Shown piece after piece: positions 1 through 12,247 of a stretch of DNA of 64,000 nt. How positions within the stretch are numbered: position 1 is the stretch's first letter; each line of letters starts with the position of its first letter. The stretch covers positions 14,694,142 to 14,758,141 of the forward strand of contig CAJINV010000001.1 in assembly GCA_905178155.1 (NCBI GenBank), written 5' to 3'. Below the pieces are notes generated by a model. The model was not told where the DNA came from. It worked only from the letters and a program-made list of their open reading frames with translations, and did not search any database. The position numbers were made by a program, and so were the translations under genes. The stretch is from Amoebophrya sp. A120 (taxonomy: Eukaryota; Protista; Dinoflagellata).

Positions 1-163
1 GGGTAGTACTGGGTCAGGAAAAAAATAAACATGATGTAAAAGGGCTACTTTCCGGGGGTGATACAGCGAAAGGCACGGTTCCATTCATGAGTAAAAACAC
101 TGCTTCAACATGGTGTCGTCAGCCTGCTCGACGTCTGTCCTACCAAAATCACGAAAAACTTCA

Positions 164-3100
164 TCACAGCTTTGACATGGTTTCCGGTTTGTCGATTTTG
201 GTGTTACTGTGCAGCCATTCCCCGGTACCCGCAAAAATGTCCTTCTCGAAGAATGCGTCGATTTCCGCGGTTGACTTGAAGTTCACCGTGTCCATGTTTG
301 CCACCTTTATCGGTGGGAGTGCCATCTCCTGGTCTTTCAGGTTCTCTGGCACCAGTTCCACCGACACGCTCGGATTGACTTCCGGGGAGATAGACTGGGC
401 GAAGGTGAGAAAATCTTCGTACTTCAGCTGCTTCAGGAACGCGATTGACCTCTCCCGCCGGTCGAAGTCGTTCGTTCGTTCCCGCACCTCGTTCCAGTGC
501 TCGGCAAACTCGTCGGAGAGTTTCTTGGGTTTCTCCTCCAACTGCACCACGAGAGCTTGCCTGTACTCGTCGAACAGCGCCTCGGTGATGTGACTTGCCT
601 TCTCTTCCTCGCCGGCCGGTGCCGGAGTTGTATCTTTATTGCTCTCTGCACTAGAAGCCGGGACAAAGTACTCCGTTTGCATCAACTTGCAGAAGTCGAG
701 TATTCTCTGCGTGCAGACACTCGGAGCGACCTCGGATTGGACGAGGTAAAGGACTTCGGTTTTCTGCGCGTTTTTTACCGCTTGGCTAGCGACGATGTAG
801 CCGAGCTGCTGCTTGGTGCGCAGCTCGTCGAAGAATTTCTGGGAAACGATCTGGGCGTAGAGACTGGTCTTCATCCAGGTTTCAACACTGGTCTTTCCCA
901 CCTGGAGGGACAAAATCGAACTTCCGTTCGTCTCGTCCGGGTTGGTCCCAACGAGGCGCATGCCCACGGCCTTGCCCGGTTTCAGGAAAAACGTCGACAT
1001 CGGAGCAATGTGGTCCGACACGGGCGTCGTGCGGCTCTTGGGCGAGAACGTCCCGTTACTTTTTGCTGTCCCGTTACTTTTTGAACTGCTACTCGATGGT
1101 GCAGATGGCGTTAGAGTGCGATTCAGAAAATCCTTCACTAATGCGTCCTTCACCTCTGGCTTTGACAGGTTTCCCATCGCAAGACCTTCGACGTGCACGT
1201 CGTCAAAAACTTTTTCCTGGATGTCGGTCAGGTCCTCGCGCTTCAGCTTCACCAATATCGCAAGCTTCTCACCGAACGTCCGGTGGTTCTTGGTCATCAC
1301 GCGATTTCTCCAGGAAAGCGCCTGCTCGTAGGGCTGGCGTTTCAGACTCGCGTTCAGCAGATCCCGGTGGAAGCGCTCGTAAACCAAGTCGAAGGTTTTC
1401 TGGTTCACCTCGCCGCCCTGGGCGATGCGATCAGAGACCGCGGCCAGGAGCACATTCAACTTGTCATCGTAGCCAGCGACCTAGTAAAATCATTTTCATA
1501 TATTTTGTTTCACTTGCATCAACATCAATTATCAAAAAGAGGGTCATATTAGACCGACGCTGCGCTGGTGGCGGCGAGCGCCCGCATCCAAGCACAGCTC
1601 AATCTCTACCATGACTAGTTATAAGTCAGAAAACCCATTATTTAATAGTATCCCGCAATAAAAACGAACAATAGAAACGAAAAACGAAAACGAACAATGA
1701 AAACGAAAAACGAAAACAAAGAATGGAAACGAAAAACGAAAACAAAGAATGGAAACGAAAAACGAAAACAAAGAATGGAAACGAAAAACGAAAACAAAGA
1801 ATGAAAACAAAAAACGAAAACAAAGAAACGAAAAACAACAACAATGGAATGCAGACAAAGCGCCCAAGCTTCTAAGCGGCGACGCCTCGAAACGATGAGG
1901 CCTCGAAACGCCGAAGGAAGCAGCGAAGCCTCGAAGCAGCGAAGCCTCGAAACAGCGAAGCCTCGAAGCAGCGAAGCCTCGAAGCAGCGGAGCCCCGAAG
2001 CAACGAAGCCCCGAAACAGCGAAGCCCCGAAGCAGCGAAGCCCCGAAGCAGCGAGCCCTCGAAGCAGCGAACCCTCGAAGCAGCGAAGCCTCGAAGCCGC
2101 AAAGCCTCGAAGCCGCAAAGCCTCGAAGCAGCAAAGCCTCGAAGCAGCGAAGCTTCGAAGCCGCTCAGCCTCGAAGCAGCGCAGCCTCGGAGCAGCGCAG
2201 CCTCGAAGCCGCGAAGCCTCGAAGCAGCGAAGCCTCGAAGCACCGAACAAGCAGCGAAGCCTCGCTCGAACAAGCAGCAAAGCCGCGAACAAGCAACGAG
2301 GGCTCGAACAAGCAGCCAAGCCTCAAACGAGCAGCGAAGCCTCGAACAAGCAGCGAAGCCTCGAACAAGCAGCGAAACCTCGAACGAGCAGCGAAGCCGC
2401 GAACAAGCAGCGAAGCCTCGAAGAACAAGCAACGAAGCCTCGAACAAGCAACGAAGCCCCGAAGCCCCGAAGGAAGCAGCGAAGCCCCGAAGCAGCGAAC
2501 CCTCGAAGCAGCGAACCCTCGAAGCAGCGAACCATCGAAGCGGCGAAGCCTCGAAGCAGCAAAGCCTCGAAGCAGCGAAGCCTCGAAGCAGCGAAGCCTC
2601 GAAGCAGCGAAGCCTCGACGCAGCGAAGCCTCGAAGCAGGAGAGCCTCGAAGCAGCAGAGCCTCGAAGCCTCGAAGCAGCGAAGCCTCGAGGCCCCGAAG
2701 CAGCGAAGCCCCGAAGCGGCGCAACCTCGAAGCAGCGAAGCCCCGAAGCAGCGAAGCCTCGAAGCAGGCCGGTGCCAGGTCGTGGCCAGGCCGGTCGGTG
2801 CCAGATCACGGCAAGGCCGGCGCTCGCTCAGGCCACTGCCAAGCCGGTTCCAGATCATGGCAAAGCCAAGCCGGCCCCGGGTCCGTCGTGGCCAAGCCGA
2901 AGCCGGCGCCAAATCAATCATGGCCAAGCCGGGGCCAGATCATCTCATAAGTAACAAAGCCAAGCCGGTGCCAGATCATGGCCAAGCCGGTGCGGTGCCA
3001 GGTCGTGGCCAAGCCGGTGCCAGGTGAATCATGGCCAAGCCTGCCTGCCTGTGCCCGAGCATAGCCAAACCGGTGCGGGATCATGGCCATGCCTGCAAGT

Positions 3101-6100
3101 GCCCGGCCGCGGCCAAGTCGGTGCCAAATCATGGCCAAGGCGGTGCCAGGTCGTGGCCACGCCGGTGCCAGGTCATGGCCGTGCCGGTGCCCCCCCGATC
3201 ATGCCCAAGCCGGTGCCGGACCCTAGCCACGCCGGTGTCGGGCCCTCGCCGAGCCGGTGCCCGACCATGCCCGCCCCCCGCCGCCAGATCGCGGCCCCGC
3301 CGGTGCCAGCATGCAAGATGACGGCAAAGGCCAACCTGCCCTCCGCGCCGGCCGGTGCCGGATCGTGCCAAAGCCGTTCTCCCGCTTTGAAAATCGCCGG
3401 CAGATGGGCCTACCTGTGCTGAAGCGCCGACAACGATTCTCCACAGAGAGACGATGAGAAGTGCTACTATTCATCTAGCGGAATACTATTAAGTCAGCAG
3501 GTTACAACTGGACACGGGAAGCGGGATAAGGCTAGTAGAATAAGTTCAAATCGTCCGCATGGCGTGAAAATGAATATGAAAAGCAAAAGCGGCCTTAATA
3601 CCTGCAAATAAATCCCTCTTGTATCGGCGCCCATTTTGTACATGAGACCAGCCAGTTCCGCGTCGTAGCTGTATTCGTTGAGCTCCTCCGCGAGACTTTG
3701 GCTCCACAACTCCGTTTTCAGCATGTTTTCCGGACTCGCCGACGTATAAGGCGAATACAGGTTCAACACAACGTAGGCCTTGGGCAACCGAAACAGCTGG
3801 TCCTGTTTGTGGTACAGATGCAGCCCGCGCTGGTTGATCGCCTGCGACGAGGACTCTTTCCCCTGAGTAGAAGATTCCGACTGCGGCACTTGGATGACGT
3901 AGCGCTGCGGCGGCGCCTCCGGCTTCTGCGCGCCACTATAGGCCTTGAAGTCCAGTTTCTCTGCGATGAATGGGTTCGGGTGGAAGAGCTCCAGCCCGAA
4001 ATCTTGGGGTTTGCTCCATTTCAGCGTGCAGTCGCGGTCTAGAGGGAGGAGCTTCGAGTGCTTCGTGCCGTACCAGTGTTCCTGCTCCGTGCACATGTCC
4101 TCGTACTTCGCCCCCACTTTGGTGACCTGCAGCTTGTCCAGCGTAAAATGCGACAGCGTGGAGTGCACCAACTTGGGATCGTACTCCCAAATCTTCGCAT
4201 GTGCGGACAGCACTTTCTCGGGAGGCACCTCGATTTCCTGCAGACCCTGCGCAAGATTCGAAACCGCGCTGGTGGGGTTGGACAGGGACCGAAACTTAAA
4301 ACTCATCTCGTCCACGCACTGCATCTCGCGGAAAACCTGAGCAAGTCGATGTTAATTTGAGGGCTTCTCATCTAGAAGTAAACAAAACTACCGAAGCCTA
4401 CTCTACAAATAAACACTCAGCAACACATTCCGCTACGTCTTCCAGTCATGTACCTTATGCAGCACGCTGTCCTCTGGTTTCACCGCCCCAGTGTCGACTT
4501 TGCTGGTTTCGGACCGCAGCAAGTCGATGTAGGAAAACAACATTTCCCCGACCAGCGGCACCTCATTCTCGCCCTTTTCCGTCAGTTGGATGTCAACGGC
4601 GAAAAAGCAAACTCCCGCTTCGTCGAAGGCCTGCCCCGCGCAGAGGTCGGTGGCCAGCCCCTGCTCTTTCAGCTTGGCGAAGAGGCTGCCCTTGCCTTCG
4701 TGGCCGAGCATGTGGGAGAGATACCTGTAGAAGCAATAACGGGCGGAAAGAGATCCAGATCATTATGGCGATCTTCTACTCAAGAACTTTTGTGGAGCCA
4801 TACGTTGATTTCTGTAAGTAGTGCTCTCTGACTTTATCTTTATGCTTCCAGCACGGCAGCACCAAGAAAAGGCCATCTAGTCCAGAGAACGTCAAGAACA
4901 ATCAGTAAACCGCTTACTTTGTCGGCTTTGTTTTCCACAGGTAGTACTGCTCGGGCAGAAGGAACTGGAAGGAAACCGATTTCTCGTCCTTCACGGGTAC
5001 GATGTACTGTTCCGTTTGCAAAGAGCCCGGTACCATCGGCGCGACGCCCTTGCCGATGGCCTCCCCCCGGGGAATATCCACGTTGTTATCTGTCACGTTG
5101 GCGAATTTCTCCGTGATTAGGGCCTGCAGTTCGTCAAGGGACTGGTGCCCGAGGATGGACACCGTCATCACGTTACTGCTGTAGTACTTGGCGTGGAAAT
5201 CCAGCAAGTTCTGCCGCAGGTCGATGTTTTCTTTCGTCGGCGTCTCGTGCAGCGTCTCCATGTTGCCCGTGGCGAACTGGTTCAGCACGTGGTCCGGATT
5301 GAACATGTTCTTCATCAGCTGGTTCCGCCGCCACCGATCGGACTGCATGTTCTTCGTGTGCTCGCTGTGCACCGCCTTCAGCTCCCGCTCCGTGGCGGTT
5401 TCCGTGAACAAAGGCTCTAGGAAAAACTGCGCAAACCGGTCCAGGGCGCCCTCCAGGTGCTCCTTGGCGACGTCGAAGTAGTACACCGTTTGCGTGCCGG
5501 CGGTGAAGGCGTTGCTGTGCCCGCCGTTCTTCGCCAGAAACTCGTTGTAGTCGTCCTCGCGCGGGTACTTCTTCGTGCCCAGGAACAGCATGTGCTCGCA
5601 GAAGTGCGCGAGCCCGGGGATCTTCTTCGGCTCAAACAGCGACCCTACGCGGACGGAGAGGCACGCGCTGGCCTTGTCGCATTTGTGGTCGGACACGGCG
5701 CACGCCTGCATGCCGTTGGGCAGTGTGAAGTACCGGTAGAGGCGGTGGTCCTCCACCGGCTTCTCCAAATCCTCTATCACCGCACCGGCCGGCGGACGGG
5801 CCGCGGCTATGTGGGTCCCTGCAGCGGCGGGGGCCATGGTGGACAATAGCCTTTTCTTGCTTGCTTCTACTGATGAAAGTAGAGGTGAGGACGGTGCTGT
5901 CGTGCCGGACGATACTATTCCCGATACAACTCGTCGTGTGCTAGCCGCGGACGGAGCGAGCGTTGAAGCTGATGAACCTTCTTGACTGCAGTAGGTCTTC
6001 AGCAACCGACTGGCAGCGGTAACACTTCTCCGCGCGCTGGAAAGGGACCGCCGATGGGAGTTGTTGCCGCGGAGTGTACTTTGAATCAAACGGGGGATGG

Positions 6101-6113
6101 GAACATTCAACAT
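164..6113 (-). CDS. IDE: Insulysin / insulin-degrading-enzyme-like M16A zinc metallopeptidase; 4 exons (6113-4918, 4724-4454, 4336-3602, 1480-164), ~1172 aa
   Basis: Inverted zinc motif HFCEH in PGLAHFCEHMLFLGTKKYP. Other family motifs: NGGHSNAFT, ALDRFAQFF, HMLGHEGKGSL, FFDELRTKQQLGYIV. Three GT-AG introns (4725-4917, 4337-4453, 1481-3601) join the exons in frame (3519 nt). Ends in SKL. The start may be ATG 6113 or ATG 5837. Confidence 0.93.
1661..1845. repeat. A-rich minisatellite, ~26-bp unit GAATGGAAACGAAAAACGAAAACAAA
   Basis: Directly visible tandem copies. Confidence 0.92.
1883..2766. repeat. Satellite of 8-bp subunits (GCCTCGAA / GCAGCGAA) forming 16- and 24-bp higher-order units
   Basis: Dozens of tandem GAAGCAGCGAAGCCTC copies, with a GAACAAGC variant block at ~2240-2460. 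Confidence 0.95.
2767..3375. repeat. Degenerate GC-rich minisatellite, ~22-bp unit TGGCCAAGCCGGTGCCAGATCA
   Basis: Repeated GCCAAGCCGGTGCC cores separated by (G/A)TC(A/G)TG. Confidence 0.88.
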
Positions 6114-8519
6114 GGAAGCCAGGTCATACTGCGCTTCAGAAAGAAACCACGCTAATGCGTTGCATACTCTATTCATAAAATCCTTTTGAAATTTCAAGTT
6201 GAATATTATCCTAGGCAATATGCAGTATGATGTACTTGTACAACAAAAATACGTGCTTGTAAAGGATGGAATTGAAAATCGCAACCACGAAACCTTTGAA
6301 AAAGTAAAAACTTTTTGCGAACGGGATAGAACATGAAAGGGGGGATCCTGTGCAAAAAATCAGCAGCGCAAAAACCAAAATTTCAATTCCAATTCGTCAA
6401 ATGTAAGTACAACAGTAGGAGAAAATAAATACAAGACCGCAGAACCCGCATATGGTTTTCGAGAAAAGCTGATCATCACGCGCTGACTTCGCGTCCTCCT
6501 AACAGTGGCAAACAAATAGGACAATGACCGACAAGTCTGCATGCGGGTGCACCTTCAGAAGTGTTTGTCCATCTAGAGATCCACTTTGACAAAAATTCAG
6601 TGCATCTGTGGCATGACGGATAGTTGTCCAACTTTATTGTAGATCGTCTTTGCTTTCTTGTTTTCACTCCAGTAGAAATTGTGATCTTGAGGTGACTATC
6701 GTAGTGAGAAAGGAACAACGATAGGACTAGCTTCCGTCGTCCCCCACAACATATTCTAGTACTCATGTTGGTTTTTGCCGTGATAGCGTCCTTGAAACTT
6801 TTAACACAATATTCTACAGTTTGTTCATTTTTTGTTTTGATGATTGGATTGCTACCTTTGGAGCAAGCGTATGAAAAAACGTGCCCGTGCGGCAAATTTC
6901 GCATAAAAGTTGAAACGTTGGTAAAAGTGTAAAAAGATACTCTGTAGCAGATTCGGCAAGCCGAAACTCATTTCGTATCATCTGACCACGTCATGATTAT
7001 TTCCCTTAAATAGAAATTGGCATTGGCGTTGCAATCATTGCTTCTGCTCGTTAGGTTTCGAAATATGTACTATGCGTTGCACCATCTCGCTAAGATCAGA
7101 CCTCAATGCATCAGCGTAGAGTATATGGATCTTTTCTCCCATCTGTAACTGTATTCTCTGAATTTGATTGACTGTTGTTGCAACTGTTTGTAGTATTGTG
7201 AACGATAATTGAGTTTTTGATTGCGGCGCTTCCTCGCTGTCTCAATCAAATATGAGATAGCACCCTGCCTACAAGTGAAGGCCGGAAGCAACACTGGGGA
7301 CAGCGCGTCGCGCAAGGGTCAAGGTGCTGGTATAATTGGCATAGGATTATAGAAATTGAAATTGCTCAAATTGTACATCTACATTTTGCACAACAATGAC
7401 AAGCCCACTGGAAGTGCTGCATCTGGTATAGCTTCTGCATATGGCCTTGCACTTGCAGGAAGTGGAGTTTCGGTTGCGTTCTGGTACTCCCTGAAGTTGA
7501 GGTTGAGTTGAATCAAGGTTGCTGTGTCAGGGCAAGAGCGGTGGTATTTTGGCGGTACGTAGCCGGGTTTGATCTCCTCAGCAGAGCTGGAGCGGCGCGA
7601 AACTACCGTTGTACAGGTGCTGCAGTTGTAGTCCCAGTAAGCGACAGCGCGATCGTATGCGAGGGAAACGCGTCGAGGCAAGTCTCATAATATGGCGCTC
7701 GCGCTGTCACACTCACGTCGAGCTTCAGTATCCACAAAAAATGCTGGCCGAGGCCAGCGCAACGTTCTAATTATTTCGAGTGGAGGCATAAGTTGTTCCT
7801 ATTCCTTTTTCTAGTCATACGTAGTCGTAACAGAGTCTCACGCCCGCGACTGCTCCATATTAAACACATCGACTTGACCCAATTTTTTCCTGAGATAAAT
7901 CACTTCGTCCGTGTTCTCGTAACTGTGATGTGGGCGAGCACAAGAAAAAGCTAATGAGTCAGTTGCGCACATGTACATGCTGAACAACAACTTGAACTAC
8001 ATCGAGCAAAAAAAGAAAAACAGCTACAGCACTAGCACAGAAATACATAATAATAATTACGCAAAAAAAATACATGGCTTTTCGATCCCCCTGCATCGTC
8101 CAGGTAACCACCTTCACGTACGTCGTAACGGTAGTATGCAGCGCAAACACACACTTTGCACCCGCTCCCAATTTATCATGTGAGCTGAGTGTACCGCTTG
8201 ATGTAAATATCCTCCCAAATTGCAGGTGTAAATGCCATGGAAGCTAACACGCAGGCAGTGTCAGACTGAGGAGGCGTCATAAAATCCTGCTTTTTCAAGG
8301 CCTTCCCGAAGATGCATCCGTCAATGCTCTGATTATGCGTTCCAGCAACATTTTGGGGGTGGGTGGGGCAACATCATGCTTGCACTTCTTAATAAGAGGA
8401 TGGGCCACACATTGCCCAAATGGGCTGGATATCAAATGCAAACATGTCTGAACCTCCTGGGACGTTGCGAGACTTGCAATGTTGAGATCATGCTTGTAGC
8501 GCAGCTGGTGCTGACCACT

Positions 8520-10918
8520 TCATGTACACATTGCGTTGCAACTTTCTAGTAGACCCAGACATATTCCCAATCCATAATGGGGTCCGAAAAACGATTTTTT
8601 CAATTTGCAGAGGTACTCGCCAGACAAGTCTTCCCACAAGAAGCCGCCACAGAAAATGTCCTTCTTGCAGATTTCCGAGCAGGCGTAAAACAGGTCCATG
8701 TCCTTGTGGGGGTAATTTGGTCCGAGGTCCCCCTCGAGCGTGCTGGTAGTCAAGTCCTCCGCTGCACACGACTTAAAGGCGAGCTCTTGGTACTTGACAG
8801 AGATGGTGGCAGTGATGGGATCTGAAAGTAGTAAATAAGAGTTACACGTCGTAGATGAAGTACAAAGACATGTAAAAAGCAGAAAAAGCAGTCAGAAAAT
8901 TGATCAAGGAAGAAGATCTGCGACGGTGACCCATTTTTTGGACTCAGCACGACTTTCATCTCTCAATAGCATTTTTAGTCATTCTCGCCACAACGAACTA
9001 CATACTACAATGTGCGTTTGTAGGAATACCTTCAGTTGTTGTCTCTGTTACCGTCGTCACTGCTCCTGCCGCCGCCCTCTTCTGATGCTCCGCCTGTTCC
9101 TCTCTGCTCCTATTGCCGCGAAACCAAAATCGGTGCTAGTACATCGACTTTTTTTTACGCAGCTGCTCGAGCTCGTGGATGTCGAGGTGCATAACTAAGT
9201 TCAAAACCACGACATGCCCTATCATAACTGAAACGACTACCTCAAGAGCTGCATCTTCAAAGCAAGAGCGCCAACATTCGCAGCTAAAACACTAGTCGCA
9301 TCCATATCCATATCCATTGCGAAGAGCATGATCTTCATTTGAGTCGACTCCGATTTCGATTTAGCAACATCTGCCCCATCTCATACAGTTTGGCCGCAAG
9401 CGCAAGTCCTTCGCTCTGCTTACTTTTTGTACTGGTACCGCCTTCTTTCTTCTCGTGGTCACCGGACACAGCTTTCTGATCCCCTGTGGCGTCGGAGTGA
9501 GTTGTTTGCTTCGTTGCCTTATTCGCAAGCGCAGGCGCAGGCTCTGTGTCTGCTTCTGCATTGGTGGTTTTCTCCTCCTTTTTTGACTTTTCCGCGGCGG
9601 ATGCCTGAGCTCCGTCACCTGGCTTGTTGCTGTCTTCCTTTTTCACCACTTTTTTCTCATCTGGAGAGTTGCTGACGTCGTCAACTTCTGCCACTTCTTT
9701 CTCACCGGCCTCCTCCTCCTCGGCCATATTCTCGTCCTCCGTAGAGGCACTTGCACCTTTCTCGCCTGAGTTTTTCTTCTTCTCGTCTTGTGAAGTAACC
9801 GACCTTTCCGTTTCTAGCAGGCCTGTTTTCTTGATGCCACTGACTTCTCCTCCTTCTTTGTCATCCTGTGGCGTCGGCTTCCGCGATGATGATATTGATG
9901 CAGTGTCGGTTTCATCCTCTTTCTCACCGTCCTCCGCCCCCTCTGCCTCTGCATTCTCCTCCTGCTCGTCGGTAGCATCTGCCTCTGCGTCAGCATCTTC
10001 TGCTGCATTCTCTTTTTCTGATTCGGCATCTTCTTCCTCTGACACTTGTTCCGCTTCGTTCTGTTTTGTTTTCCTACTGTTCTTTCTGTTGTCAAGCTTA
10101 CTCCCGCTTTCCTCTGTTGAAATCGTGGTCCGGCTTTTTGAGCTTGTGCTTGTACTTGTTTCGTCTTCTGCTTCTTCAGCTTCCTTGTTATCGTTGCTTT
10201 CAGTCTCCGCATGGTCCGCTGCTTCGATTGCACTGTGGCCGGTCTCAACTGGGGTGTAATTTTGTTTTTTTCCTTTAATTACGCTTTATCACAATACCAC
10301 GACAGCAGAATGCAGCAGCCGCTTCGTCGTGGAACTTAGCTAGTTGTACAACTCATTGCCACTAACACTCCAAGCAAAGTGGCCCTGTGGCTGCGTTCGC
10401 GTTCGAATGTGAAAAGACATTATCAACATGCATGAATAGCAAGTTTCGGTACTGCTACAGCAACAGAGAGACCCGACACTTTTCTCACCTAGCTCTAGGC
10501 CTTCATGTTGGAGATGTCTTCTACTTCGTTCTGCACCAGTGCGGTCCTGTTCCACTTGGTCGGTAAGTTCCGGCAACTCCTCAGCCTCTCGCTCTGTATC
10601 CCCTTCGACGACATCATTTTCATCTTCTTGGTCAGATATCCTTATTTTCCTCGTGTTTTCCGCTGCGCTGCTCTTCGCTCTCCCGGAGTGGGTGATTGGT
10701 TTTCCCTCCAAACGGCCGAGAAACTCTCGACTTTGCTTTCCAGCGGCGCTATCTGCTCCCGTTCGCAGACGACTTGCAGATACTAGTAGCAGCCGGTTGT
10801 AGTTTCCTGTCGCGTCGGAAAAGAGCTCGGCGCACGTTGATGACAGAGAAAGAAGTCTCACTGCCGTTCTTCCCGGTGATGGGAGACTCTTGCGCTTCCT
10901 CGTTTGCAGCCATACCAT
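8520..10918 (-). CDS. Probably secreted protein with a long acidic low-complexity stalk and a C-terminal PAN/apple-like Cys module; model exons 10918-10489, 10272-9349, 9194-9149, 9109-9030, 8821-8520
   Basis: GT-AG joins give a frame-consistent 593-aa model. The last exon has C-x3-C-x5-C-GGFLW...C-KLKK (CSEICKKDIFCGGFLWEDLSGEYLCKLKK), the spacing typical of PAN/apple domains. The middle is E/K/S-rich. The N-terminal hydrophobic signal is weak and the 3' end may extend further. Confidence 0.55.
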
Positions 10919-11934
10919 CTTGAAAACGTATGGGAACAAGCTGTCGCTCGTAAATCCCCTCGTTCGGCGGTGGCCGAGCGATCTGCTACTCCGAAGTGCG
11001 ACCTAAAAATGGGCACCGGTTCCGTTCGTCGCCGGGCGCTCCTCGAGACGGCAACGTATTGCCCTGGCTGTCCGCTCGAAGCGAGCGTTAGCGCTTACCG
11101 TTTCTCATATTTGCGATTGTATCTATCTTCTTTCAGCACGACTCGCTCGTGCCCTTCCATCTTAAACATATCTATATCATGGAATGAAGCTAGCACGGTC
11201 CATGCCTTCATCACCTTCAATGATACCTTTTACGCTTGCCAAAACAAAGTTTTGGAAAAGACGAGAGCCCGCCAGGACGTCGTAACCGCTTGTCTCTCTT
11301 CGCGAGATCCTTTTACGAAACACGCCCTTCACGTGTGAAAATAGTCGGCAGACCCGAACTCCGGTTCGACACACCCCTGCTCACTCTGATTCTTACTCTA
11401 CATATAATCTTAGTTTTTCCTTTACCTTTCGTACTGGTTAGGATATTCACTTCGCACTAAAAGACCGTCAAGTACAAATTGCGTAAGTACAACTCCAATG
11501 CAACTTTACTTGCGTCTCCAATGCAACTTTACTTGCATATCCCTACCCATTCTGCGTTTGAAGAACAATACATATTAGACCATAAACGTAATTGGCATCA
11601 TACGATGCAGCCACTTGCCCCCCGCGGTCACATCATTTCAATTTTTTCAAAATGCCTTCCTTTTCCCACTTTGTGGTCTCGTGGCACTATTTTGCGCGCT
11701 TTCAAGTTGCGAAGATTGTTCTTTGGTGCGGTCATTTGTGCTTTCTCTATTCTCAAACTGCTGGGATCCGCTTGCTAGGGATGACAAAGCAAAGCGATAG
11801 CGAGCTCTTGTTCATTATTCGTAAAATCATAGGCGATTGATTCTCGCTGTCCTCTACTTCTTGGAACAACTGCAACATGCTAACGTCCTCGCTACTAATT
11901 TGAATTTTACATAATGTATATCCGCAAGTAGACT

Positions 11935-12000
11935 AGCTTAGTGGTGCAGTTGGCTATCACTTTTTCAACTATGTGCGAAAGCCTGGTGCTCGCTGGTGAC
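11935..12000 (+). pseudogene. Degenerate tRNA-like sequence (tRNA pseudogene or SINE head)
   Basis: GTGGTGCAGTTGGCTATCAC resembles a tRNA D-arm / A-box (tRNA-Val-like GTGGTGTAGTTGGTTATCAC, GTG/CAC stem) and is followed by GCGAAAG. The anticodon and T arms are degenerate and there is no intact GTTCRA. Confidence 0.3.
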
Positions 12001-12247
12001 CTTCTATTGTGTAAAAAAAAGAATAGATTGGCTTCTAATCGGTCCGTCAGATTCGGATTCCTGTTCCAAAAGTGCTTCACGTCTGTACCGTTCCGGGCGC
12101 CGGCAGTGAGGAGGCCACCGACAAGCCCATGATCACATCTTCGAGCATCCACGTGATGAAAACAGCTCATCGATAGATTGGCTTCTAATCGGTCCGTCAG
12201 GTTTATTGGACCGTACCGGGCGCCGGCAGTGAGGAGGCCACTGACAA

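Larger units (their letters stand above)
1646..3488. mobile_element. Putative non-autonomous TIR element filled with satellites, inside insulysin intron 3
   Basis: TTAA|TAGTATCCCGC (1642-1656) is the inverted repeat of GCGGAATACTA|TTAA (3478-3492), 14/15 identical. These ends closely bracket the tandem arrays. Confidence 0.6.

Noticed and set aside
1619-3474. Long ORFs on both strands (for example 1844-2950, 368 aa; 1872-2927, 351 aa)
   Set aside because: They are translations of stop-free satellite repeats inside an intron whose flanking exons join in frame.
6308-6911. Weak inverted match AACTTTTTGCGAA / TTCGCATAAAAGTT and ORF 6476-6904
   Set aside because: AT-rich, gapped and without a TSD; the ORF lacks codon bias and motifs.
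11493-11537. Tandem duplication of CTCCAATGCAACTTT(T)ACTTGC
   Set aside because: A simple two-copy slippage duplication with no further structure.
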